From a virus: a stretch of DNA of 48,035 nucleotides. Positions 22,316 to 31,491 of this stretch are shown here, in pieces. How positions within the stretch are numbered: position 1 is the stretch's first letter; each line of letters opens with the position of its first letter. The DNA is taken from positions 1 through 48,035 of the IMG/VR virus record IMGVR_UViG_3300045988_174984. The stretch is one strand, 5' to 3'. The translations under genes were made by a program, and so were the position numbers. The notes beneath the pieces are model-generated. The model was not told where the DNA came from and did not search any database. It saw only the letters and a program-made list of their open reading frames with translations.

Positions 22316-25300
22316 TTATTTCTTGTAGCCGAGAAGAAGTGCAAGCCAATTGTCAGTGTCGCCCTTATCAAGCGCCTGCCAGCCGGCAATCGACTTCTGC
22401 AGCTGAGCCGCACCCGGCATGCCGAAGTCGCCGGCAAGGTTGATCAGCGCCTTGGAAAACGCCGCGTCAATCTCGCCCTGCTGAACCTGAGACAGGAACT
22501 GCCCTGCATCAGCAATAGCTCGAAGGCCGGACGGACCGCGCCACGAGAACACCGGATCGCCTTTAAAGAAGTTCTCCGTCATGCTCGAGAACTCGCGGGC
22601 CAAGAAGAACTGCCCGAGCATAAAACCGGCAGAAGAGCCCAGAGCGTAGCGAGCCCCATAAGTGAACTTCTCGGCGTCCGTCATCCGGTCCCACTTATCG
22701 TCGTCGTCACCCGGCTGAATGGCCCCGCGAATCACGGACTCGATCATCGGGAGCGCAAGCGAAATCGTGAGTATCTGCGCATATGCTTTCGCACGGTTGC
22801 TCTCACCCAGATAGCTCATGGCAGTCAAACCCAGCGCACGGCCCATGAATGAATAGAACACCATGAAAAGGCGTTGAATCGGAGAACCGTTTTCGATTGC
22901 CGCAGAGTCTGATACAAGGCCAGAACCCTGCGTATCGCGAACGACGCGATCTGCGTATTTCACCGCTTCCGCTTCGCTCAGCCCTTCGGTCTCAATGGCA
23001 CGGCGGAACGCTCCGCTCCACACCACATGGTCAACCGTTCCCTGCACGGCCATCATCGGCGCGTAGGCCACGTCGTAGACCGCGCCCTTAATCTTGGTGT
23101 AGCGGCCGCCTTTCTCGAGCACATTACGGGCGTCGGCGATTTCACGAGTACGGGTAACTTGACGGGCGCGCATGAAGACACTGCGGCGGTTGATCTCCTG
23201 CCAAGTCTCCACTGGGTGCATCATCAGATCCCCGATTCCGGCGAGCACATACTTAGCGCCGACCTTCGGCACCGCCGTGATGAGGCCGGTTACCTGAATC
23301 AGCGCCGTTGTGAAGTTGAAGCCTAAGCCGGCAAGCGAGACGCCTTGACGTACAAAGGCCGACGCGCGATCCGCCGCTCCCGTGTTGGCCGGGCGACCGC
23401 CCGTAGCAATAGCCTTGGCCATGTTGTCAAGCACCTGCACGCCTGCTTCGCCGAAGCGATCGCGGACGGTGTTGAGGATGCCGGGGACAAATACTGTCTT
23501 TGGCGGCTCCTTAAGCTTGATCGTATCCGGGTCAAGACCCGCCTGTTTGGCCTCCTCCCGAGCAGTGTTGTACTCCTCAAGCGCCTTGGCACGCTGACTT
23601 TCGTAGTCTGGGTTGGGAATGCGAATGCCTTCCATAACTCGCTTATAGTCCGCCAGATACTCCCGCCAGCAGACGTCGTGAACCACCTCTTCCGCGCCGT
23701 CAAAGACACCCTGCACGTCCAGACGCATTACAGACCCCATCGGAGCATCGCCGGCGCGAGCCTTGGTGTAGGTCTTGAGCGTCATCATTTCGGTGGCGCC
23801 CTTCAGCGCGGCTTCGTAGTTAACCGCATCGTCGTCTGTATAGGCTCCGCCGAGCTTCTGCATGGAGGCGTTCTTGTCGTACTTGATCGGTACGTAGCCG
23901 CCCGTCATCTGTACTTCCACACCGTCCTTTGACACTACCGTGAACGGCGTAGGCTCGATCCACAACGGTTCTGTTCCCGTTGCACGACGGTTCATTTCCG
24001 CAGCGAGCTTACGGAGCTTTTCCATCACCGCCCAAACCTTATTGACGGTCTGCAGCTGTTCTGCCGTCAGCTCTTCGGCGATGCGCATCTGCTTCTCTCG
24101 ATCGAGGCCGTTGCCTGTTTCAAGACGCTTAGCGTTGCCCTCGTTGCCCATGTTGAGCACAACGGCCATGATGTTGTGCAGGTTCATGCGCCCGACATCT
24201 TCAATCTCTCGGAAGTCGCTGTTAAACGCGCGGCCCGATACCGGCGAAAGCAGATCTGTAAGCTCTGCGCCGAACTCTGCCTTCAGCTGCTGCTCGCGAT
24301 TGGAGCATTCGTCCTGACGCCAAAGCAGCGTCTTCGTAAGAAAGCCCTGCCTGTTTCCGTCAAGCGCCTGCACAAAAGCGACGCCGGGAATATGCGCGTA
24401 GATGAAGCTCGTGAACCCCCGCTTGAACTTCGCCCCAGGGCGGGTTTCCGTAATCGCCGAATTGAAATGCCCGCGCTTTACGGCGTTCGCGTTAGCCGTA
24501 ACGGACGCTGTACCCTCTCGGATCGTGTCGTACAGCTCCATCGTCTTTTCAAGTTCGCGACCCTTCTTTTCGAGGGAGCCGTCTTTGGTGAGGGCTCCGA
24601 AGAAATTGTTCAGTTCTTCGATCTGACGAATCTGCATCGACGGCCAGTCCTGCCCGCCTTTGAGCAGCGCCGCCTGCGTATCTTCCGATAAGTTCTCCCA
24701 CGCAAGCCGAATATTGTCGTGCTTCTCAACAAAGCTCTTCCACGGGGCGGCGGCTTTGTTCTCCTGTGCGTTAAACCCCAGACGTGCGGCGAACTTATGG
24801 ATCTGCTCGGAGTACTCTCCGCCGACCGTCTTTGTCTTCAGCGCTGCTTTCACTCTGCGGTTAAAACGAGTGCCTAATGCACGGGCGCGCTCCACTTCAC
24901 TTGCGAGCATCTCTTGCGCTAGTTGAGCGTGCTTAGCGTCTGCCGCCTCCGAGGTCTGGCCTTTGCCGAAGGCTGTAAGCGCAGCCTTACTGGCACGACG
25001 GGCCGCGGACATAAAGGGGTACGAACGGATTGGCAGCCACCGACCGCTCCGTTCGTGGTATCGGGCATAGGTCATGCGGCCGACTGCTGAACGCGCGAAG
25101 GCTTTCATCGCCGCATTCACTTGCGAAGCCTTACCCGCCATGCCCTTAAGCGCTGCGACTTCTATAGAAAGCACACGCAGTCTGGCGTCGTTATTAAGCG
25201 CAGCCGAGGCCAGTTGTGCGATGGAATCCGGTGAGTACGCCGTGCCGTACTTTTGCAGGAATTCGCTTCTTGCGGCCTCATCCGCAGCCTTTCCTAGGTC

Positions 25301-28300
25301 GACCTTAGACCCGGCAACGATGCGGTCTGCCAAAGCTTCCGGGGACTCTGCGTTGAACGCCATCGCCGCTTCACCCAGCGTTAGGTACTCAACGTTTGCT
25401 TTCCCGCGCTCCATGGCCACGTGGCTGTCAATCAGCGCTTTCTGCGTTTCTTCCGGCAGGTTTTTGATCGTGTCAGCATCGATCTTGCGCCGGATCGTTT
25501 TGCCGTTCTGCTTAGTCGAGCGAATAAAGTACTGGTACGCCTTAATGTGCGGTTCATTCAAAAGAAGCTTTTGTGCAGCACGGCGCATCTTTTGGAAGTC
25601 TGCCTCAAACCCTCGGCGTTTCCGCAGATCAGCGTCTGTACCAAGCTTCATATCCTCGGTCAGGTTCTTGCGAATCTTCCCTTCGGCCTGCTGTCGCGCA
25701 AGCTCTCGAAGGTCAACAAAAGAACGGAAGTCGTCCTCCGACATGCCCGCCTTAACCAACGGGTCGAATACGTTTGCGTCAGCCCAACGATCGCGCGCAT
25801 CCTGCACCGCCTGCTCAGACACAAAAAGCTGATCATAGAGTGAAGCTACTTCCGGAGACAGTTCAACATCAAGCGTTCGGCGAAGGGTGACATAGACCTC
25901 TTTGAGCCAATCGGCAAACTGCGCAAACACTTTTTGGAGCCCTTCGGCCGGAGCCTTGCCTTCCTTGATGTACGCCTCCATACCGCGGGCGAATTTCTCT
26001 TGAAAAGCCCGCTGCTCGTCCGTTGAGGATGCAAGCCATCGATCGACTGCATCCCGAAACGATAGGTCTGTCTTAGCGTCATATGCCCCGCCCCACTGCA
26101 TGAACTTCGATGTGAGCACGAGTAACCGCTCGCTTTGCTGAGAGATGGGCCTCTGCGAATCCGCCTGCTGTGCAAGAAGTACCTTGGCCGTACGCAGCAT
26201 CGTATCAAGCCAGTAGTGCGCAGACTCGTGCAGAAAGGTAGACGCGTTCATACTTGACGCGGCATCTTCATCCTTGAAGAGCCGAATCATTTTTTCCGTC
26301 GGCGTGTAGCTCCCGAGGATCGCTTTCTTGCGCTCTCTCAGGCGCCGATTCTCTGCGCGACGGTCTACCGGCGAAGTGTCTTCCTTCCACGCCCCCACAT
26401 CTGCCTTGTGCTCCTCCCGGGATGTGCGCCGCACGCCATCCTCGGTCGTCTGCAGAAAGCCTTCCGGTTTGGGCGTCGACTCGACGTTAACCGTGAAGCC
26501 GTGCTCTTTAAAGAAGACATCAGGCTCAACGCCGGCCATCTCGGCCATGTTCTCCAGAATAGAGGCCTGTATGGCGACGGAGGACTGCACCTCCTCCTCG
26601 GATCGGCCGGCCGCACGAAGCTCCTCAGCCACGGGGGCCAGTGCCGTGCGGGCTCGCTCCATGCGCTCACGCTTGCGCTCGTACCCTTCGACCGTTGCCG
26701 TGGCCAACTGGTTGACTGCAAGCTCCAGTTCGCCCGTTGCGTCATACGCTCGGGCCTCACCAATAGACATGCCGTCGCGGTCAAAGCGCGCCAAGGCCAT
26801 TACATTTTCAGCCAGGGGCTTATCTTTCAGCCGCAGCTCGAACACCTTAGCAAGCGGAATCTTTACGTCGGCACCAGTGGCCTCGGCTTCCGTGAGCACT
26901 TTAGCAGCGTCAGGGATGAGCTCGCGGAGTTTATCCATGTAGGGTTCTGCTTCTCGGGCGTTGATAATCACGTCCGTAAGCGGCGTACCTTGGAAGGCCG
27001 ACTGCACCGCCCGAGCCGCCACATCCGGCGCACGCTGTGCGAGGCCAGTAGTCTCCATTCGGTTAAACGCTTCTTCGACCACGGCGGCATTATCGAGTGT
27101 GCTCTTTGCCGAACTCTGGTCCTGCGCCACACGGCGGATCTGATTGCGCGCAGAGATCATGTCCACGGGGGCCGTGGCAAGATCCGCGATTGCTTCAAGA
27201 AAGACATCGGCAGTGTTGATCTCCTCACCGATCGCAACCTGCCCGAGCGCTTCGCCGCCGGCGCCAAACGCTGCCTGCACTACGGCCTGCGTGGCATAGT
27301 CCTCCGCGACCGCACCGGTTGTCTTGGCCGTGCGGTTAGCGGCTCTGCCGGCATCGACGGCCTCACCCAAAGTCTTTCCGGAGCGGCGGGCCTGTACAGC
27401 CGCGTTAAGCGAACTAATCGGCCGAATGCTCAGCCGAGCGGCGCCAAGTGACAGCGCATCCATCGCACCGACGGTGAGCGCGCGTTTCGTCGCCGCAATG
27501 CGGGCTTCGCGAACTAGGTCAGAGTTGGCCATAAAGGCTCGAACAGCGTCAGGGTTAGTTGTGTCAACGCCCTGCTTTTCCATCTGACTGATGAAGGTCG
27601 AACCGTACTCGGCTTCAAAAGACGACGCGCCCATAACGGCCCCTGCGGCAGCAGGGCCGGCGACCATACCGGCGATGGGCGCAAGCGCGAATCCGGTCGG
27701 GCTGGTCGCCACCGAAGTAGCGAGCGTGCTGACCATCGTGTCTACTGGGTGCCGTACAGCGATGCCGATCATGTCCCACACGCTGTCCGCGTTGGCGATA
27801 TCCGCTAAAGCCGGATTAGTCGAAAGACGCTGCGCTTCAATCTGCGCCTGCGCCAGCTCTTCCGCCGCGTACTTCGTCGCCTCCTTGCGCCGAGCGGTCT
27901 GCTCTGCAGCAAGCTGAGCCGCCCTTGCCCGGAGCGGACTGTCCGGACGATTCGCCCAGTCTTGGAGCCACTCGTCACCGCCGAATGCATCCGCATCCCC
28001 CTGACGAAGGAGATCCGCCGGATTCACTGCCACGGGGGTCGCGCCGATCTGCAGACGCTTCTGTGCATCGTTGGCCTGCGACTGCAGGCGCCCGCGTCGT
28101 ATTGCCTGACCTAACTGGGAGACAACGGAGAGTGTGTCCCAATCCTGCGGGGAGTTGGCGATCAGCTTGGAAAGCTCTCGATCCGCAAGAAGATCTCGCA
28201 CCACCGGTACCTCAGCGTAGCGCGAGGCGTCCTGCGCGGCCTTGCGCATTTTAAGCGCCTGCCATGAGTCCTGATCCTCGGGCACCGGCACGCCCAACGA

Positions 28301-28429
28301 CTGGGCAGCAGCTCGCCGCTGCGCGAATTCATCCGGGTTGACACCGAGGTTGGCCGCCGCATTGCGCTGAGCGTCCGTGGTCTGATCGACGCTGCGCATC
28401 GACTCGATCATCAAGTCAAGATTCGCCAT
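22316..28429 (-). CDS. Giant internal virion/ejection protein (2037 aa) with an HExxH zincin-like motif
   Basis: Position is equivalent to the T7 gp16-type internal core protein. It has hydrophobic segments and FLHESAHYW (HESAH encoded at 26216..26230). Confidence 0.7.
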   Translation of the reverse strand: MANLDLMIESMRSVDQTTDAQRNAAANLGVNPDEFAQRRAAAQSLGVPVPEDQDSWQALKMRKAAQDASRYAEVPVVRDLLADRELSKLIANSPQDWDTLSVVSQLGQAIRRGRLQSQANDAQKRLQIGATPVAVNPADLLRQGDADAFGGDEWLQDWANRPDSPLRARAAQLAAEQTARRKEATKYAAEELAQAQIEAQRLSTNPALADIANADSVWDMIGIAVRHPVDTMVSTLATSVATSPTGFALAPIAGMVAGPAAAGAVMGASSFEAEYGSTFISQMEKQGVDTTNPDAVRAFMANSDLVREARIAATKRALTVGAMDALSLGAARLSIRPISSLNAAVQARRSGKTLGEAVDAGRAANRTAKTTGAVAEDYATQAVVQAAFGAGGEALGQVAIGEEINTADVFLEAIADLATAPVDMISARNQIRRVAQDQSSAKSTLDNAAVVEEAFNRMETTGLAQRAPDVAARAVQSAFQGTPLTDVIINAREAEPYMDKLRELIPDAAKVLTEAEATGADVKIPLAKVFELRLKDKPLAENVMALARFDRDGMSIGEARAYDATGELELAVNQLATATVEGYERKRERMERARTALAPVAEELRAAGRSEEEVQSSVAIQASILENMAEMAGVEPDVFFKEHGFTVNVESTPKPEGFLQTTEDGVRRTSREEHKADVGAWKEDTSPVDRRAENRRLRERKKAILGSYTPTEKMIRLFKDEDAASSMNASTFLHESAHYWLDTMLRTAKVLLAQQADSQRPISQQSERLLVLTSKFMQWGGAYDAKTDLSFRDAVDRWLASSTDEQRAFQEKFARGMEAYIKEGKAPAEGLQKVFAQFADWLKEVYVTLRRTLDVELSPEVASLYDQLFVSEQAVQDARDRWADANVFDPLVKAGMSEDDFRSFVDLRELARQQAEGKIRKNLTEDMKLGTDADLRKRRGFEADFQKMRRAAQKLLLNEPHIKAYQYFIRSTKQNGKTIRRKIDADTIKNLPEETQKALIDSHVAMERGKANVEYLTLGEAAMAFNAESPEALADRIVAGSKVDLGKAADEAARSEFLQKYGTAYSPDSIAQLASAALNNDARLRVLSIEVAALKGMAGKASQVNAAMKAFARSAVGRMTYARYHERSGRWLPIRSYPFMSAARRASKAALTAFGKGQTSEAADAKHAQLAQEMLASEVERARALGTRFNRRVKAALKTKTVGGEYSEQIHKFAARLGFNAQENKAAAPWKSFVEKHDNIRLAWENLSEDTQAALLKGGQDWPSMQIRQIEELNNFFGALTKDGSLEKKGRELEKTMELYDTIREGTASVTANANAVKRGHFNSAITETRPGAKFKRGFTSFIYAHIPGVAFVQALDGNRQGFLTKTLLWRQDECSNREQQLKAEFGAELTDLLSPVSGRAFNSDFREIEDVGRMNLHNIMAVVLNMGNEGNAKRLETGNGLDREKQMRIAEELTAEQLQTVNKVWAVMEKLRKLAAEMNRRATGTEPLWIEPTPFTVVSKDGVEVQMTGGYVPIKYDKNASMQKLGGAYTDDDAVNYEAALKGATEMMTLKTYTKARAGDAPMGSVMRLDVQGVFDGAEEVVHDVCWREYLADYKRVMEGIRIPNPDYESQRAKALEEYNTAREEAKQAGLDPDTIKLKEPPKTVFVPGILNTVRDRFGEAGVQVLDNMAKAIATGGRPANTGAADRASAFVRQGVSLAGLGFNFTTALIQVTGLITAVPKVGAKYVLAGIGDLMMHPVETWQEINRRSVFMRARQVTRTREIADARNVLEKGGRYTKIKGAVYDVAYAPMMAVQGTVDHVVWSGAFRRAIETEGLSEAEAVKYADRVVRDTQGSGLVSDSAAIENGSPIQRLFMVFYSFMGRALGLTAMSYLGESNRAKAYAQILTISLALPMIESVIRGAIQPGDDDDKWDRMTDAEKFTYGARYALGSSAGFMLGQFFLAREFSSMTENFFKGDPVFSWRGPSGLRAIADAGQFLSQVQQGEIDAAFSKALINLAGDFGMPGAAQLQKSIAGWQALDKGDTDNWLALLLGYKK

Positions 28430-30843
28430 TAGTAATCTTCTCCGTAAGTATCTTCACCTGACCCGGGTTCACCTTCGGGCATCGGCCCGTCATCGATCTC
28501 CACGAAGGGGCGTCCGCCTCTCTGGGCCGCTGGGCTTTCTGGGAGGTAATCCGTAATTGATGGCGACTCTGGGGCCTTCATTAGCCGTGCCGCACCATCT
28601 GCGCCAAGGACGTTTGCCACTTGGATCTTGTCGCCTTCGGACATACACGCCGCAAGGTAAACCATGGTGCGGGCGTCAGGCAGTTTTCCAAAAGCGCCCT
28701 TGTATGCTTCACGGATCCGGGTTCGAAGCGGGAGCGGCAGGTACTCGTCCGTGACAGAAACACTAGGCGCGTTTTTGAGTTTCAAGAAAAGGTTGACGCC
28801 GCCTCTGCCTTTCAGCGCCGCCTCATCCTGAACGCCAAACGCCTTCGCAAGGATCTCCTGCGTTGCGCCCTCTGTGCTGTCCCAGTTAGCGACGTTCGTC
28901 TGCCCGTCCGAGAATATCCCGCCCGGTTTATTCACTTTCGCGCCAAGGATCGCCCGCACATGCTTTTCAAGATCGGCGTGCGAAAGCGGCCCTTTCGTGA
29001 GCTTAAGCCGTCGGATAACGGGGGAGACATAGCCCACGAGATACCCCTTGAGCGCTTTGCCGTCTGCTGACTCGCGATCTTCCTTAATGCCCAGATACTC
29101 CCAGTTTTCGTCGATGATCCGGTTGATGTCGCCATACGGCACTACATCGTCCATCTTCACCCCGTTTTTCAGCGCCGCTCTTTGGTTCTCGAGAATCTGC
29201 AGCTCTTGAGAATCAAGCTGAGAGGCGAGAAGCATGAACTCCCCGTCGGACAGCTTGGCCAACTTTGTAGGGTCGCTGTTCAGCGCCTGAAAAAGAACCG
29301 GATCACCCACCTTGTCAATGTCTCCGCTGGTTATGCGCTCTGCGGCAGAAGCAAGGTGGTTCTTGAAAGACGGCGGCAGGTCGCTGTACCCCTGCATCGT
29401 CATGACATCGTGCACGGTTCCGCCGTTCTGAACAATGCCGAAAGCCTGCTGAACCGTCGCCCCCCAGACAACCTTCTGCTGCTCACGCTCAAGCTTCAGC
29501 TTCTCGAAGCCGAGCTTGGCCGCCGCCATGAGTTCTTCTTGCTGGCCGTGTGGGTTCTGGCGCCTTATCGCCGCATAAACCTGCTCAAATGTCGGATCAA
29601 AGTCGTACGTAGACTCTGTGGCATAGCGGTTCTTAGCTCGAGTGAATTTCGCCTTTTCATCCGGCGTTAAGTAGTTGATAACGTCCCGCGCTGTGCCGCC
29701 GCTGTCGACGGCAAGCTCGATGTTCTGGTCCATCCACTTCTTTGTCTCGGCCGGCGTCATGTCGTTGCGCGCACCAACGATGGAGGCCGCGATTGCGAGA
29801 TCCGGGTCGCCTCCGTACTGCCGCAGCTGGTCGTCCACCGCGTCACGTGCGTAGCTGTCTTTCCTGCGCTGATCGAGCTCGTCCCAGTTCTTCACGCCCA
29901 TGCGCTCGGCATAGTCCCGCCCCCACGAATCAGCGATGCCCCCGTTCGCCATAAGCGTCGTAACCAACCGGCCCGTCGGCGTACTGGCCGCCTTAAGCTC
30001 CGCGACTGCGCTGTCCGCCCGGAGCTTGGCCTGCTTCACCTGCAAAGCAGTCTCCACCTTGTCGCGCTGCGCACGGAGAAACTCTCCGGACGTACCGCCG
30101 GTTGTGGACGCTTTGTATAGATAGAGCTGAGCGTCTTCCGGTCTGTTGTCCGCGATCAGGCGATCGGTGAAGGCGCTGACGCCTTGCTCAACAGCCTGCT
30201 TAACCGCAGAGTCAATAACCCTGCGGCCCGACGGGGTGTCGACATCCATGCCGGTGATACGGCCGTGCTCGATCGCGGCGGCGCGAATGGCCGCCATGTT
30301 CGCTGTAACGCTTCCGCCTTCAGCGATGTTGAAAGCCGCGGCCGAAGCGCGGTTCTTCTGCACGTCAACCGCGTACTTACGCTTTTCGTTCGTGTAGTGC
30401 GTTTCCGCCAGCGCAAACGTTTCCTTGTCTGTCGGCCAAACCCGACGCTCGAACTCCTGCCGCTCCTCGTCGGTAAGCCCGTAAAACTCAGAGATATTGC
30501 CGTGCAGCGACCGCACGTCTTCACCCAGCTGAACCCGATAATCTCGGCCGTCCAGATCTTTGCCGAGCACCTGCGACCCCTGCTTCTGCAGCGGCCCTTT
30601 CTCCGCCGTCATGTACTGGCGGAGGTCGAACTGGTAGTGCGTTACCGCATCCTGAACCTTAAGCTTCACATCCGCTCGCCGAGCCTCCTCACGAAGCCGG
30701 CCCGCCTCTGAAAGCGTCTGCGTGACCTTCAGCGGCTCGCCCGTGTAGTCCACGGCAAAGATCCTCGGCGTCGTATAGCCGGGTCCAGGTTCTGTTGCGG
30801 GAAGCGGAGAAACTTCCGGAGTATCAGCAACTCGTACTGCCAT
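28429..30843 (-). CDS. Internal virion protein (804 aa)
   Basis: Large ORF in the internal-core position with TAATG coupling to the downstream gene. No catalytic motif recognised. Confidence 0.65.
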   Translation of the reverse strand: MAVRVADTPEVSPLPATEPGPGYTTPRIFAVDYTGEPLKVTQTLSEAGRLREEARRADVKLKVQDAVTHYQFDLRQYMTAEKGPLQKQGSQVLGKDLDGRDYRVQLGEDVRSLHGNISEFYGLTDEERQEFERRVWPTDKETFALAETHYTNEKRKYAVDVQKNRASAAAFNIAEGGSVTANMAAIRAAAIEHGRITGMDVDTPSGRRVIDSAVKQAVEQGVSAFTDRLIADNRPEDAQLYLYKASTTGGTSGEFLRAQRDKVETALQVKQAKLRADSAVAELKAASTPTGRLVTTLMANGGIADSWGRDYAERMGVKNWDELDQRRKDSYARDAVDDQLRQYGGDPDLAIAASIVGARNDMTPAETKKWMDQNIELAVDSGGTARDVINYLTPDEKAKFTRAKNRYATESTYDFDPTFEQVYAAIRRQNPHGQQEELMAAAKLGFEKLKLEREQQKVVWGATVQQAFGIVQNGGTVHDVMTMQGYSDLPPSFKNHLASAAERITSGDIDKVGDPVLFQALNSDPTKLAKLSDGEFMLLASQLDSQELQILENQRAALKNGVKMDDVVPYGDINRIIDENWEYLGIKEDRESADGKALKGYLVGYVSPVIRRLKLTKGPLSHADLEKHVRAILGAKVNKPGGIFSDGQTNVANWDSTEGATQEILAKAFGVQDEAALKGRGGVNLFLKLKNAPSVSVTDEYLPLPLRTRIREAYKGAFGKLPDARTMVYLAACMSEGDKIQVANVLGADGAARLMKAPESPSITDYLPESPAAQRGGRPFVEIDDGPMPEGEPGSGEDTYGEDY

Positions 30844-31491
30844 TTATGCGCTCCTCAGCCAATTCTTGTCGTTGTAATAGATGTAGTCCTTGATGCCTGT
30901 GCCCAAAGCCGCAGCGGCGTTGCCCAAGCCTTGGAAAGCGTTGACTTCGCCCACGGCGGTAGCGGCCGCCTGCGACTGGGCGTTGACACCCTGCATCCGA
31001 TACTTGGACGCCTCTGAGTAACCGTTGGCATACTGGTTATCGATCGATCGGCGCTTGTTGATGTCGGTCGAAGCAGTCACTTCGGCTGCAGATCCGACAC
31101 CCAGCACAATGCCGTTTGCCGCCATCGCCGCCTTCTGTGAGGACTTCACCTTCTCGAACTTCTCGCTGATCTGACCGATCTTGAAGTTCGACGACATCAG
31201 CGCCGACTGAGCCGCCCGCTCGGCCTGCCGCGCGTTGTATTCCTGCACGCGGATCGCCATCTCCTGCTGTGCCTTCTGAATGCGGGAGTTGTAGTAGCCC
31301 GTCGCAATGGAGCCCACGGCGCCAATGACGCCGTTGGCCAGACTCACGTAGCCGGTGTTCTGCCCAAAGGTTTTGGCCGCAGACTTCGTTTCAAAGAGCC
31401 CTACGTTCCAAAAACTTGCCGCGTCCGGGTCGTATGTGCTGAACGCCTGCTCAAGAGAGGCGTCACTGACGTTTCCTAATCCGTAGTCCAT
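30844..31491 (-). CDS. Internal virion protein (215 aa)
   Basis: Position after the tail tubular B-like gene. Contains a Gly-rich hydrophobic segment. Confidence 0.6.
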   Translation of the reverse strand: MDYGLGNVSDASLEQAFSTYDPDAASFWNVGLFETKSAAKTFGQNTGYVSLANGVIGAVGSIATGYYNSRIQKAQQEMAIRVQEYNARQAERAAQSALMSSNFKIGQISEKFEKVKSSQKAAMAANGIVLGVGSAAEVTASTDINKRRSIDNQYANGYSEASKYRMQGVNAQSQAAATAVGEVNAFQGLGNAAAALGTGIKDYIYYNDKNWLRSA

